A stretch of 61,729 nucleotides of DNA, filler included, from Dirinaria sp. TL-2023a (GCA_051941275.1; 6 parts of 6 records of this genome joined end to end with filler, not necessarily neighbours in it); one strand, 5' to 3'. Positions 11,556-24,540 are shown, numbered from the whole stretch's first letter. Numbers and translations: made by a program. The notes: generated by a model not told the origin, from the sequence alone.

Positions 11556-13715
11556 CGTGAACAATTGAGTTTCAATAGAAGGAGTCTCACAGGGTTCGCG
11601 ATGCGTTCCCTTGCGCTATAAGTTTTCGAAGATCGTGAAGAATGGATGGAAGGAGTGCAGGGTTGGACGTCGCGTGAGGATTGAGGCTGACTGGAGCTGA
11701 TGCTGGTCGAATTGCTTGCAGCGTTCTTGCATTCAAGTACCACGAGCTTCGTGATCGCGAATGGCTATTTTTGTCAATTGCTATGCACGGAATAGCCCTG
11801 GTCGATAGTAGTAAAAGAGTGGGGAGGCTTTCTCGGGCAGAAAACGGAATGAATGTGTATAGTGAACGAACAATTGCGCAATGAGTGAATTGCGAGCCAG
11901 ACACCTTGAATGAGAGAGTAGTATTGCAAGGCTCGCAGAACCGCAGCGGAACTTAAGATGACCCAAAGCCTAAGAATCCTCCGCGCGAGAAAAGAGAATC
12001 ATTATTGCGAGGCGGCAGAGAGGGCCATTGTTCCCAAGATCTATTCCCAAAGCCGCCCCCATCTTGTCTACCCCAGAAACATGCCACCGTGCCGCCCACA
12101 CTCCATCACACAAGAGACGTTAGGCAATTGATGTCGTTACCCGTTACAAGCTGCCGTTGTTGAAGTTTCATGGTAGGTTGGACCAAGTTTGCTGCAACAC
12201 ATTGTGTCCTTCAATTGAAAATTTAATTTCGCGTGTGGGTGTGAAGGAGCGCAGAGTGGAAGTAGATGCCAGAGTCTGCGCGATGATTGGGTGGTGTGGC
12301 GAGGTGAAACCCTAGCGCGGAGACGGCGCTTGCTGCAAGCAATAATGAAAGAAGGCAAAGTACTCTACTTTCTTCACTTCAGACGTTGCCGTTCCATTAA
12401 TATTTCGTGCCGCTTAGCACTAAGACAAGTGGAAGCGAGACTTGTAAGCTGCTGCTCACGAGCAAGAAAATTTTACGCGATGCAAGTTAAGCTCCAGAAA
12501 CTAGCGTATAATGCGCATCAATGAGTAATTAAAGCGATAGGCAAATTATGTCAAATCTGGGCCCAATCGTCCACTTCAGAGCGTCAAGCGACAAAAAATA
12601 ACAAAACGAAATGTTAATGGATAACGAAAAGCTAAGGCGATCTCCTTAGTGAAAATCTGATTCCATTTGAGTAATAGAAGACCGAAGATCTTTGGAGAAC
12701 ACTGTTTGAGAGTTTTAGACTACACGTGGAGGAAGCTGGACGCTATTTGACTCGCTACCTGCCATATGAAAATCGGCATCGATGGAAGAGTAAATATCAT
12801 AAGAGCACTTGCGCACCAAAAGCTGCGATGTCGGGCCTTGAGTGTGGAGGGTCGAAATGCCAACTAAAGGCCGATAGTGACTGAAAGTTAAAGCTGGATG
12901 TGAAAAGAATTGGCGACCTGTAGATTGAAATTGATTATTGGCAACTCGAAAGTCTAGCATATATCCATATTTCAATGGTGCCTGGGGTATAAGACCCATT
13001 TGCAGGTCCATAACGTGGACGGGGCGACAGCGCACCACAGCACCGCAGGTTTGGCGAGTGACGTCTACAGGCCCAAAGGTGGATCAGAGTAGCAGTTGTC
13101 CTTGGTGGGTTGTTGTGCCCTTTGAGTTGATGCAGAACGATATATGCTGTTTGAATGCGACAGTGAGTATGTTCGCCCCGCTAAAGCACCTATAGAGTGA
13201 ATTGTTATGGACTGCGTGCTTTCAAGCATGTGATCCCTTGTAAGACAGCTTTGGCCGAGTATTATTGTCGAAGGTTTCTGGCGAGCTGCTACATACAGAT
13301 TGCGAAACCCCTCTGATAAGGCCGGAGGGCGTTGAAAGTCCAAATTGAGCCCAGAGATCGTCATCGGATCCTATTCAATTTTATTTCCATGATTGAGGCG
13401 GGTTGTGACCAAGAGTCTTCTCTGTATTTACCAGATTCATAAAGGACATCCACAGACTGATTCTCAGTCCAGTATGGAGGTATAGTCGAATGTCTGAAAG
13501 TCGACCCATGGAACATTCAGAAATTCGCCCCTCAATTCAGCAGCTCGACAAGCCATCGTAAAGCAAGCCGCGCGTCCATGACTGGTAATCCAGCCTCCTG
13601 TATGCGTGATGGAGCCTTGGATCTGAATTTCCTTAACCCGGTCCTTCTTTGATGCTTTCTTCCAATTGGAGGTTCCTAACCTGTCAATGTCCGATGACCA
13701 ATTGTTGATAGCTAG

Positions 13716-14294
13716 TTAGTACCCTTTGACCACATTGGCCGCCTCCTCGAAGTCAGGAATCCAGTCCGCACTAGGCGCTGTCTGTCCCCAACTCACAATA
13801 CCATCAGAATCAACACCGAAGCTACCACTCATTTGCCATCGACTCCCACTCTCGGTAGGCCGATTCCAAATCCCCTCATCTTTGCCGAGCTTATACACAT
13901 TCCACAGTCCGGCTGGATTAAGAACGTGCCACCATCCCGCTACACCCAGTCCCCATGCTGCATAAATCTTCCTCTCTTCGTCTACGAGCACATGTACAGG
14001 GCCAGCCCCACCCACTGCGCTCAGCCACTGGTCAGTAGACGCTCTGCTGGAATGTGAGACGGCGATGAACTGAGTAGAGGGGTGGGAGGTGGCGGCGGAG
14101 CGAAGGCGAAGGAATGTTTTCTCTGCGAAGGGACAGCCGCAGTGGCGCAGGAAGGTGAGTATGGTAGGTCTGCCGGATGGATGGGGGAACGTGAGAGATG
14201 TAATCGAGGGTGCAGGAGAGCCAATGGAAGGAGGAGAGGATGTGGGAACCTTGGCGGGACCAAGCCAAGAAGCAAATTCCTGTCGGAAGGTCAT
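13716..14294 (-). CDS. AhpC/TSA-like (peroxiredoxin-like 2) thioredoxin-fold protein
   Basis: FLRHCGCPFAEK motif, VDEERKIYAAWGLG, GSRWQMSGSFGVD. Single exon. Confidence 0.85.
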   Translation of the reverse strand: MTFRQEFASWLGPAKVPTSSPPSIGSPAPSITSLTFPHPSGRPTILTFLRHCGCPFAEKTFLRLRSAATSHPSTQFIAVSHSSRASTDQWLSAVGGAGPVHVLVDEERKIYAAWGLGVAGWWHVLNPAGLWNVYKLGKDEGIWNRPTESGSRWQMSGSFGVDSDGIVSWGQTAPSADWIPDFEEAANVVKGY

Positions 14295-15794
14295 GATGGG
14301 ATGATTCAGGGTGTAGTTGACATAAGGTAAGTCTTGCGATTAACTTGGAGGAATACGGTATCTTACTTACGCTATTCGATTTGCCGTATGCATATCTGTT
14401 GCAATTCTTGGCATATCGGGATTCTTTCCTCCTTTACATGCACAATCTTACTATCGTCTACCAATAATGTCTTCTTCCTCAACTCGATGCTTTAGAATTC
14501 AAATCGGAAAGTCATTTCCTTTTTCTAGCATTCTTTAACATTGAACGATCTATCGTTTTGACAGTGCCACTTTGATAATGAATCAGTTCATCGTCGCTTC
14601 ATGAAAAAGTTATTAGCTTGGATTTTGTCCTTTCGCTAGAGGGGAATGAATACAATTGATTTGAAGCAGCAAAAGATCGAACGATATTGATAATTGAAAC
14701 TGAAATGTTGGCACTTACCTGATATGCTTTGGTGACTGCCCATGTAGAGGAGGAAGAATTTTGAGATGCCAAGATTTCGCAATACACATGCACACGCCAA
14801 ATGACCGTTAGCGTCACCAGTGCGGCCCATCTGCTAAGGTAGTTGCGCCTCCACACACAAGTCCGAGCTATTTTCGGCAAGCGCGGTTCGTAGCGCGAGG
14901 CATTTTTAACGGTTCAAACGTACGTACCTTACCTACCCCGTTATCTAGGTAAGACTTGTAGGTTGAGTGAGGCCCCCAAATCTATGCAGCGGGATCTCTC
15001 GGAAAGCAGCGAACCACGTCGAGCTGTGCTCCACTTATGACCTGAACCAACACGCGTCTCCCAGCGCGATACATGGTTCAAGGGGGAACAATGGCACTCT
15101 CGCCAGCCCGTGGTGCAGGCCGGGAGGATCCATTCAAGCTGAGTCTTGCTAGTGTTGTAGGACGGAAAAGGAAGATTGCGCTGCTGCTACAGTACCTCAT
15201 GCAAGGTCGATCTTGGAGCTGGATTCAAGCGCCAATGCGATATGATATCGCCAACTCTGCCCACCGCAATAGCTTCCAGGTGTCGACACGAGCATGAGTC
15301 CATGGCCGAAAGCTGAGCATGATCTGAGGCCGGTAGAGTACTGATATTGGGTTCGGAATTCGGAGTGTCGAAAGTTCGTGCTCTATTCTGTAGCACTGGA
15401 GGCGTAGGGCATGCACTTTATCATACCTGAGCTGCAAGAATGTGCTGTCGTAGGGTCTGTACCGTAGGTAGGACCAATCAATCGGCTCTGTGCCTTGAGC
15501 GAGTAAGTTGTATCACAGGATGCGAGGCGCCAACTTCTGATCACTGATCAGAAATCTGAAATACCGAGTTACAGTAGGATTCAAAGGGATGAACGCTAAC
15601 ACTAGGTTACGACGCGATTACATCAGCTTATTCTCAGGAAGCGAATGCTGATCCGTAACCATGTGGGTGTCGGATGTTGTTCATTGAGGTATTTGTGCAT
15701 CTCTAGTCCTACAAGACCTGCTCTCTCTTCCACCCATTTCTCTTCCTCAATTTCGCCTACATCCTCCCACCTCAACATCGAGCAAGAAGTCGCA

Positions 15795-16802
15795 ATGGGA
15801 TTCGAATACAAAGAGGTTGCTGAGAAGGGCATGGCAGCTTACCGAGCTCCGTCCCTTCTTCAACCACACAAAGCCAGACAGGCGCTGCGAGATGCGTACG
15901 AGGGGAAAATCAAACCCCTCATCGGGTACTACCACGGCATCACCACTATCCCAACGGCCCGAGTCATGGCCCAGCTAGGTGCCGACATCATTTGGGTCGA
16001 TTGGGAGCACGCTTCATGTGGTGTAGAAACCATGACAACTGTGAGACCGCTCAGTCTTCGGGCTGACAGTACTTACAATTGGCTTAGATCGTCCACGAAA
16101 TACAATTCATGAGTGAGGGGAGATCTATACCATTCGTGCGGTAGGTTTTAAGTCGAGATAGTCGGTACTAGCATATGATATGCTAAAGCGTTCAACAGAG
16201 TTCCTGGCCATGACCACGCTGCTATTGGCTACGCTCTTGATGCTGGAGCTTCTATCATCATTCCTCAGGTTGAAACGGTTGAACAAGCTCAGCATGTAGT
16301 TTCGGCCGCAAAATTCGGAAAAGTTCGACAAGGGACCCGCTCAGCCCCACCCTGCCGTTGGTTACCAGGAGTTGGGGATATGCCCGTTGACCCTAACCGC
16401 TCTCTTTGGGAGAACCTCAACGATCAAGCCGCCATCATCATTCAAATTGAGTCGGAGCAAGGGGTTAAGAACTTAGACGCCATCTTGAGTGCAGTCGGCG
16501 ACCAGATTGACTGCGTTTGGATTGGCAGTTTGGACTTGAGAGTGAGCATGGGACTCGACGGAGTCTGGGGTGACGAACCAAGCTTCATGGACGTTGTAAA
16601 GCTGTACGAGGATACGTTGAAAAGACACAAGACACCGAACAGTGGCATGTGCATGTTCGGCCAGTGGGAGAAAGCGTCTAACAAGGCCTTCGTTGTGGTT
16701 GGCGGCGACGCTTTCGCTTTGCTAGGCGAGGCAGCTTTGGTCAATAACGCGCGAGCGAACCTTCCTTCTCTGGCCAACGAACCCCGGAACAATGTCCATT
16801 AG
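15795..16802 (+). CDS. HpcH/HpaI aldolase (pyruvate kinase-like TIM barrel)
   Basis: Motifs WVDWEH, R|VPGHD..IGYALDAGA, GTRSAPP, IIQIES and IGSLDLRVSMG, with two short introns. Confidence 0.9.
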
Positions 16803-17070
16803 CTATTGAAGCAGTCCACATATGGGGGGATGTCTTTGCAGGCCATATGACAATTACATAGATCTTCTCCCGTGGTAAAACATAGAATAGTTCTACACGC
16901 TGGGACAGCGTGCATCCGACTTCAAACTTGGTCGAAACCGTAACTGCGTGTGTACGTATCATTGGCCCGCATGCAAAATATGTATATGAAGTGATAGTTT
17001 GCTGCGTCGTGTCACAGGATTTCTCCAACCTTGAGTCTGGATAGCGCCACGTGCGGCACGGCCCTCAGTA

Positions 17071-17094
17071 AGGTACCTAGGTACCTAGGTACCT
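17071..17094. repeat. (AGGTACCT)3 tandem of a palindromic octamer
   Basis: Read directly from the sequence. Confidence 0.95.
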
Positions 17095-18892
17095 AATTCG
17101 CTTAGATTACATTATATAGTTAGTTTCGCGGCCTGTCACAGCACCTCGACTACCTCGACTACCAATAATAATGGGAGACTCTGACTTCGTATAAAGGTTC
17201 TTCCCACACCAAGACACTGTCTTCGACGGCATTTTTTTCTATCTCACCCTGTGATAGAACAAAGTCTTGCAGGCACACGTCAAAACCTATTCTTTGCCTG
17301 CAAGTTCCAACAGACAATACCAAGATTCGTCTGGTACGGAATCCAGCTTGCCGACGGGGGCTAAGAGAATCCCCGAGCCGGCCTACGATCTTAGAGACTT
17401 AGACGAGCCACAGCCGACAGGCCTTATGTGATCGGCTCGGACAATGATACCAAATGAACAATAGCTATTGCTAAGTGCAAGACTACTTTAGTCCGCAAAC
17501 CATATTGCCGTGGAGATTTCCTTGTAAGGCGTCCCAGAGTAAAGTACTCCGATTCTCATCTTCAGCTCCACTCCAGGATCTCGCATTGGGGCTGTGAGGC
17601 GTTCCGAAGCCAGATCGAAATCCGAAGAAGACGTTTCGCGTCCGGACACTGGACATGGAGTTGTACGATACCTCGACCTGCACAGGCACGATATTTCATT
17701 GATACAGTGTTTAGCGGTACAAGAAGTTCTCGAAGACGTCTCTCAATTGGAGTTCTGCCACGACGTCATTGCTCAGGCGAATGCAGAATTCGATTAGGTA
17801 ATCTGACAGTGGAATCGTGCCGAATGGCTGCTCAGCGAAGCTTGGTCTGGCTCGTGCATGAGATATTGGGCCGAAGTTTGGAAGGGCTAATCCTGACTCT
17901 CCACCTAAGACAGCAGCCACTGACGCCCATCGTCGATCAAGTTTTCAATCTAAGCGAATGTCCTTATCACATTTCGGTTAGCGCGCACAGTTCCTGGCCA
18001 CTCGGACGTTCTTCATAGAAGCGCTGACGACCCAAAGCATGTGTACCTTGCAAGTGCAAAGATCTTCGATCTCGAGTGGCAGCGAGGGGAGTTTCCCACC
18101 TTCGACCGTTCACGGCAAACACGGCTGCAATACCGGTATTGCATGACCTGCCAATCTAAGACCACGAGATCCAGGGAGTCGTATGGAGACTGGAGATCAT
18201 GGGTACCTATCTGCCGCGAAGTACGATGGCCACTTACCCCTTGAGAAGTGGCGGTTCGAAGTGTTGAAGTCGCATCATTTGGTTGTCTACAGATAGTGGC
18301 AACAGCTCCCTACTTCCATCTTCTCATTCCAGCCTATACACATGTAAAGCTTCGGCTCCATGTTCTTTTCGTTTTCCTCTTCTTTGTTCCTTGGTCTCTC
18401 TCCGGTAAAGCGAGTAGATCTGTAGGCGGAAAGATCGAGTGCATATTCCCCACGTGCTGTCGAAGGTCTCGCAGCCATTTTCGGCAGTGTTGAACATGGG
18501 TGTTCCTTCCTCTCCGTCACCGATCAAGTCCGCTTCCTGGTCATGAAGCGCATCATTACCTATTCATACCTTCTCCATTGGGATGCCCCGCGAACCAACT
18601 TCATGATGCTTGCGCTTCGTGCGAGAACGGCTCAAGCTGGCAACAGTGGCAAGCAGATCTATACCTTGCTATAGGTCAGGTAGAGCTACTTTATTTCGTC
18701 ATCCTCCCGCCGGCCCACTAAGCTCTTCACATCCCACAGCTGAAAAGATTAGGCCGGTCATTTGACCAATAGAACGTTTCCCAAGGGCAAGAGCTGCGTT
18801 AGGTTGTCTCTGCCGTTCACTACTGTACTTAAATACTGCTGTGAAACACTCCTTTCAATCTTCAGCGAGTACTTCGTGGCACCAACAACATC

Positions 18893-19994
18893 ATGTCTCC
18901 TCTGCTTCTCTGTCTCACGTTCCTTGGTAGTGCTTTCGCTGCCACCACACCGGCAAAACATTCGCATCCAGTCTCAGGCCTCGAGCAACGTGCTGCAGAT
19001 CATCGTCCCGTTAGCTTTCAGCAGCGCAACCTCAACACTATCACCAATATCTACAAGCGGAACCTCTACCCCACCAACTTGGAGTTCGTCACCAACGGCA
19101 CGGCATCGGTTCCTCCGGGGCTCTTCAACGAGAAAGCTACCGGACGCATCACGCCGCTGGGTAATTTCACCGGCTTCAATGACTCGACCGAGTACTTCTT
19201 CGCCCTGTCTCCCGTGCCTCAACCCCCAACATATGTGGGCTTCTCCAAGATCCAGATTGTCAGCTTTCAGTCCGAGTGCCCCAACGTTGCTTCATCCGTC
19301 GTGTATATTACGGGCTCGGTCTTCCACCCTGGATCGCCTGATGATGGGAAATTCGTCTCTACTTTGAAGCAAGTAAGTAGCCTTCAATCGACCATGCGGG
19401 TGTCTACCACTTTGAGCTGCGTCCATATGCATGGTATAAGAGGCTTATGTGTTCTTCTAGATCGCCTTCTGGGAATTCGACAACAAAGGTGCCGTTCTGA
19501 AATACGATGCGTGGATCCCCAACCTTGCGCTCTACAACGCGATAGGCAGAAACGATAACAGCGGCAACGTCACCGCTGCTCAGACCCAAGCCGCCACCAT
19601 CCAAACACTATGCGGTGAAGTCCAGAAGGAATGCACAGGCAGCAATACGCAGTACAGCAGTACGCAGAACTGCATCGAGACGCTTTCCGCGAAACCATTC
19701 GGAAACTGGGACGAGGTGTGGATGGATAGCGTAGTGTGCCGGGAGCTGCATATTTTGCTCGCAAGGGTCGACCCGTTGGTGAGTGCCTCTTTTTTCCGTG
19801 AAGAATTTTGCGAATGATAGTGAGAATTGGAGGAGCTGATGCGAGAGGCGTAGACTCATTGCCCACACGTAGGCCCGACAGGCGGCGACAAGTGCGTCAA
19901 CGAGCCCTACGAGGCGGGCTATTTCCTCAGCGACCAAGCGCTCTTCGGCAAGCCCGAGGGCCAGAATTTCGTCTGCCATCCTATTCCACAGTAA
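18893..19994 (+). CDS. Uncharacterised secreted fungal protein with Cys/His-rich C-terminus
   Basis: Signal peptide. Three exons join as ...LKQ|IAFWEFDNKGAVLKYDAWIPNL...C...C...C...VVCRELHILLARVDPL|THCPHVGPTGGDKC...HPIPQ* (TAA at 19992-19994). Confidence 0.8.
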
Positions 19995-20376
19995 TTGTCA
20001 TCGAAAATGCAGCTATTAGCGGGCCGAAAGGTGGGTTGATATGGAACCCAGTTCAGGCTCTGGCATGGAGTATTAAAGAAATAGAGTGGGCTGTGCCTGA
20101 CATCTTTTATCCCCGTGGATTTAACGAAATCATGTACAAGTTAGCTCGGTAGCAGATCGCTTGCATATTAAATATTGTATGTTCTGAGTATTAGATTACT
20201 CCTCATCTGCCCCAAAAAAAAAACAAACCAAAGAGAGCGTGCTTTGCCGCGTTTACACGTAGCGACCTATTTCCTGCTGTTTTCACTCCTACTACTTCTT
20301 CTCCCGTTTCTCAAGTTCTATGTCCCTTGATGAAATTATTCCGAAACTTTCTTATTCTTTTTCTCCCCTCACGAGT

Positions 20377-20500
20377 CTTTTTTTTTTTTTTTTTCAAAAA
20401 TGGAGGAGGAGAGAAAAACAGCTTAGATACCCCAAGAGAAGGAGAATGAAAAATCAAAGAGAGAGAGAGAGAGAGAGAGAGGGGGAGAGAGAGAGAATAA
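20377..20500. repeat. poly-T and (GA)n simple repeats at contig end
   Basis: Read directly from the sequence. Confidence 0.85.
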
Positions 20501-20552
20501 GACGCGTGTCGATTCGTTGATGACATTTGTAAGACTTTCTCTTTCTTCATTC

Positions 20553-20652
20553 NNNNNNNNNNNNNNNNNNNNNNNNNNNNNNNNNNNNNNNNNNNNTTAA
20601 TTAATTAANNNNNNNNNNNNNNNNNNNNNNNNNNNNNNNNNNNNNNNNNNNN
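20553..20652. other. Artificial contig-joining linker
   Basis: N44-TTAATTAATTAA-N44. Confidence 0.98.
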
Positions 20653-21685
20653 GTACCTCCGCATAAGTCTACGTCCAACCCCTACCTCGTTTACACCAAA
20701 ACTCACCTTCCGCAGTTACCAAAAACCAAAACCTCAACAGCTTCAGATATTTACTCTATCTAAAACTTGACTTACTCGGAATTTCCGAACAAAAAGAAAA
20801 AGAAAAAACACACCGTGTTTCGAACAGCATGCTCATGTAGATATGCGATCGTACCTAAGTAAAAATCACGATTTTCCCATCCAAATTCGAACATTTTTCA
20901 ACCATGCATTTCACTCTCGCGCACACTCCAAACATCAAAGAATAGCAATCCAAAATCTGAATCGATGGAATAGCGTGAATCTGCTAAGTTCTACAATTTC
21001 GTCTTCAGGGAAAAAATTTTTGTTCACTGTGAAATTGTTGGTGTCGCCTACGAAGTTGATGGGTTTTGGTGTAAAAAGGGGGTGAGACGTATCTTAGACT
21101 TTTGTGTAAGTACTGTACAGTCAGGGGACCTTACTCGTACATAAGGTACCTAATTAAGGTAGGTAAGGTAGTAGGGCCACTGACTCTAGCTCGCGAGTCG
21201 CGACTGTACAGTATAGTGTTGCGGGCGGGCTTTGCAGATCTGTAAGATCCTACTAGGATTTGAGAAGGTTTGAGGCTGATTTTTTTTTCCCCCTTCCTTT
21301 TTTGTCATACCGAACTTGGTTAAAGTAGGGTTTGAGAAGGTTTGAGAAGGTTTGAGGTTGTTTTTGTCCCCCAGGGGAACCCTGGGTTATCAATACTCAA
21401 AATCATTGGATGCGCTGGCGATCCTGTGTGGTAGAGAGGGGGAGGTTGCTTCATAATTATTACATGATGGGTGAACTCATAAGTACCTTACCCAAATCAG
21501 TACCTACCACATTGACAGGCTCGCTGCACGGTATCTTAAGGCGTTGGTTTCTTTCTTTTCCTCTTCCGATCAAATATAGACTCGGACTCTTGCATACCGT
21601 CGCTCTCTCGCTCTCTCGCTCTCTCTCTCCCTCTCCTACCTTTCCTTTTCAATCGACTCTTGTCCTCCATCTCTAGCAGCAGACT

Positions 21686-23446
21686 ATGGCACCGCAAGCC
21701 GATATTCGTGTCGAGAAGGAGCCCAGCACCGTCAACGACCTGGAGCATTCCGCGCACTCGGACCGCGACCGCGAGCCTGAGCCTGACCGCGATGGCGACG
21801 AGCCCATCATCGATGCCCATGCCCAATCCGGCGTCCAGGACATTGAGGCTGTGACGGTGGCATGGACGACGATGGCGTTGGTCTTCGCCTATGTCATGAT
21901 CTGGCTCACTTACTTCGTCGAGGGGATGCTGTCGGGAACCATGGCTGCCCTCAATCCCTATGTAACCTCTGCCTTCGCGCAGCACTCGCTCACGCCAACC
22001 GTCGGCGTGTTGAGCGCCGTGATCGGCGGCGTCACGAATCTCACCCTCGCCAAGATCCTGGATGTGTTCGGCCGGCCCCAGGGATATCTTCTCACGATTT
22101 GCCTCGCGATAGTCGGCCTAATCATGATGGCGGCGTGCAATAATGTCGAGGCTTACGCTGCCGCCCAAGTCTTCTACACGGTGGGGAACAACGGCCTCCA
22201 GTACAGTCTGAGCGTCTTCGTCGCCGACACAACCTCGCTACGCAACCGAGGTTTCATGCAGGCCTTTGCCAGTTCGCCGAATCTGATTACCTGCTGGTTG
22301 GCGGGCCCGATCTCCTCGGGCTATCTCAAGGGGCCTGGCTGGCGTTGGTGCTTTGGAACCTTTACAATACTCGTACCAGCAATAGCCCTTCCGCTCTTCG
22401 GCCTTTTGGTGCATAACTACTACAAAGCCAAGGAACAGGGTCTTGTCCCCAAGCGCGAGAGTCAACGCACAGCCTGGCAGTCCTTTCTTTACTACGGCCG
22501 CGAATTCGATGCCGTCGGTCTCATCCTGCTCTCTGCCGGCGTCGCTCTCTTTCTCCTGCCATTCAATCTTTACACCTTGCAATCGAAAGGATGGCGCTCT
22601 GCTCTTGTCATCTGCATGCTGGTCATTGGCATCGTGCTTATAATCATCTTCGCCATATGGGAGAGATTCTTTGCCCCGGTTACATTCATCCCCTATTCTC
22701 TCGGCCTCGATCGTACGGTCTTCGGTGCCTGTATCCTTTCTGCTACACTCTTCCTCAGTTATTACTGTTGGAATAGCTACTTCAGTTCTTTCTTGCAAGT
22801 AGTGAACGACCTGAGCGTTTCCGATGCCAGCTACGTCGTCCAGACGTACACCGTTGGCACCGTCTTGTGCTCTCTCGCTGTGGGCTGGCTGATCCACTAT
22901 ACTGGACGCTATAAGCCTGTCTGTCTCTACTTTGGTATCCCGCTGAGCATCCTTGGATTGGGCCTGATGATCAACTTCCGCCGACCCGACGGTTACATCG
23001 GCTATGTCGTGATGTGCCAGATCTTCATCTCTTTCGCCGCCGGTACTATCATCATCTGCGACGAGATCGCTATCATGGCCGCCGCTTCACATCAGCATAT
23101 TGCCGTTGTTCTGGCCGTGCTGGGAATGTTCGGTAATATTGGTGGTGCAATTGGCCTGACCGTTTCTGCCGCTATCTGGCAAGGTATCTTCCCGAATAGG
23201 CTCGCTGAGTACCTTCCTGCTTCAGAACTCCCTAACCTGCTCCTTATCTATGAGGACATCACCACGCAACTGTCGTACCCGGTGGGCTCGCCTGCTCGGA
23301 TCGCGATTCAGCATGCCTACGGGGACGCACAGAAGAGGCTATTGATTGCAGGCACTACTGTTTGGGCTGTTGGCGTTGTGGCGGTGATTATGTGGCGAGA
23401 TATCAGGGTTATTGGCATCAAACAGACCAAGGGTCATGTCTTCTAA
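21686..23446 (+). CDS. Siderophore-iron MFS transporter (ARN/SIT, MirB-like), intronless
   Basis: 586-aa multi-TM ORF with GVQDIEAVTVAW, YVTSAFAQHSL, AKILDVFGRPQG, VFVADTTSLRNRG, WRWCFG, EFDAVG and QLSYPVGSPARIAIQHAYG. Confidence 0.92.
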   Translation: MAPQADIRVEKEPSTVNDLEHSAHSDRDREPEPDRDGDEPIIDAHAQSGVQDIEAVTVAWTTMALVFAYVMIWLTYFVEGMLSGTMAALNPYVTSAFAQHSLTPTVGVLSAVIGGVTNLTLAKILDVFGRPQGYLLTICLAIVGLIMMAACNNVEAYAAAQVFYTVGNNGLQYSLSVFVADTTSLRNRGFMQAFASSPNLITCWLAGPISSGYLKGPGWRWCFGTFTILVPAIALPLFGLLVHNYYKAKEQGLVPKRESQRTAWQSFLYYGREFDAVGLILLSAGVALFLLPFNLYTLQSKGWRSALVICMLVIGIVLIIIFAIWERFFAPVTFIPYSLGLDRTVFGACILSATLFLSYYCWNSYFSSFLQVVNDLSVSDASYVVQTYTVGTVLCSLAVGWLIHYTGRYKPVCLYFGIPLSILGLGLMINFRRPDGYIGYVVMCQIFISFAAGTIIICDEIAIMAAASHQHIAVVLAVLGMFGNIGGAIGLTVSAAIWQGIFPNRLAEYLPASELPNLLLIYEDITTQLSYPVGSPARIAIQHAYGDAQKRLLIAGTTVWAVGVVAVIMWRDIRVIGIKQTKGHVF

Positions 23447-24534
23447 CAGCAGTCTCCAGTGCATAACCATCTAAAATCTAGTGCTATGTCAATTGTTAGC
23501 ACAGGAAGAACCTTGGCTGCATCAATGGCCGTGACTCGGAGCCACAGATGCGTCTCAATAGTGACTTTCTAAGCCGCCAGCCTTAGCTATAACCGAATCA
23601 AAGAGAGGTTATGCAAGCTCATCGGATATCTTGGATGGACAGAATATAGAGCATAAAGCGGCACTGAAGGTAAGTGTTAGTGGACGCTCTTTTAGATTTC
23701 ACCGCGGAAGAGACAATGACTTGATAGTATAGAGACATGTAGCGATCTATTCCCGGTCAATACCCAATATCAAATCCAGGCCCCTCTCAATTGATTTTCA
23801 ATAGCTGATACACAATGATCCGAAATGAAAGGCCCTTACAACTTACAATGCAAGCTTGAAGGAGAACAGCAGACCCTCTCCAAAGGCGAGGGCAAAGGAT
23901 GCAAAGCCAACTTATTACAAACTGCAGCACCAGGGTGTTTCGATTCACCTTATATCTCTTATAAGGAAGCGGGATACAGAAAAATCTCATCAAGTCATAT
24001 CTTAGCAGCGACAGGCGCTCAGGTCCACGCCTCAGAACCTGAGAACTGACGGCAAAATAATGCCTGCTTAAGTGACTGCGGCGCAAAAAGCCATGGGTAA
24101 GCAATGCTAACGCCTCTGCCAGCTCGACTGATCTAGCATGACAAGGACAAAGTCGGAAGAGGCGGTGGCTGAAGTGTTAGAGGCAGTGGGTGGAGAAGCC
24201 ATGGAGACTGAATGAAGACGACAGGCTCGTTCAGAGCAGAAGGCCAAGATTGCTGGCTGTAGAAGTAGTGTAGCATGGATTGATTTCATCTGCCGATGAT
24301 CGAGCTTGCGATTGGTCTGGTGTAGCTGTTCTTTGTGGTGGGGGTTCACTTTTGAGTGGGCACATAAACCATCGGAGAGCTCGACGTACATGTTTGAGAA
24401 AACCGGCCTTTTCCTCTCGATACATTACGGTCTCTCGAGTGTAAAGTAGACGAGGCGGTTGCGTGTGAAAGATCACGTGATCGCGCGATGAAAACTTGGC
24501 GTTGAGTGGCAAAATCACGTTGCATTTCCGAAGC

Positions 24535-24540
24535 ACGCGT
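24535..24540. promoter_or_regulatory. MCB-like element ACGCGT upstream of RAD54
   Basis: Exact MluI box 55 bp upstream of the predicted start. MBF control of DNA-repair genes is established in yeasts; function here is inferred. Confidence 0.45.
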
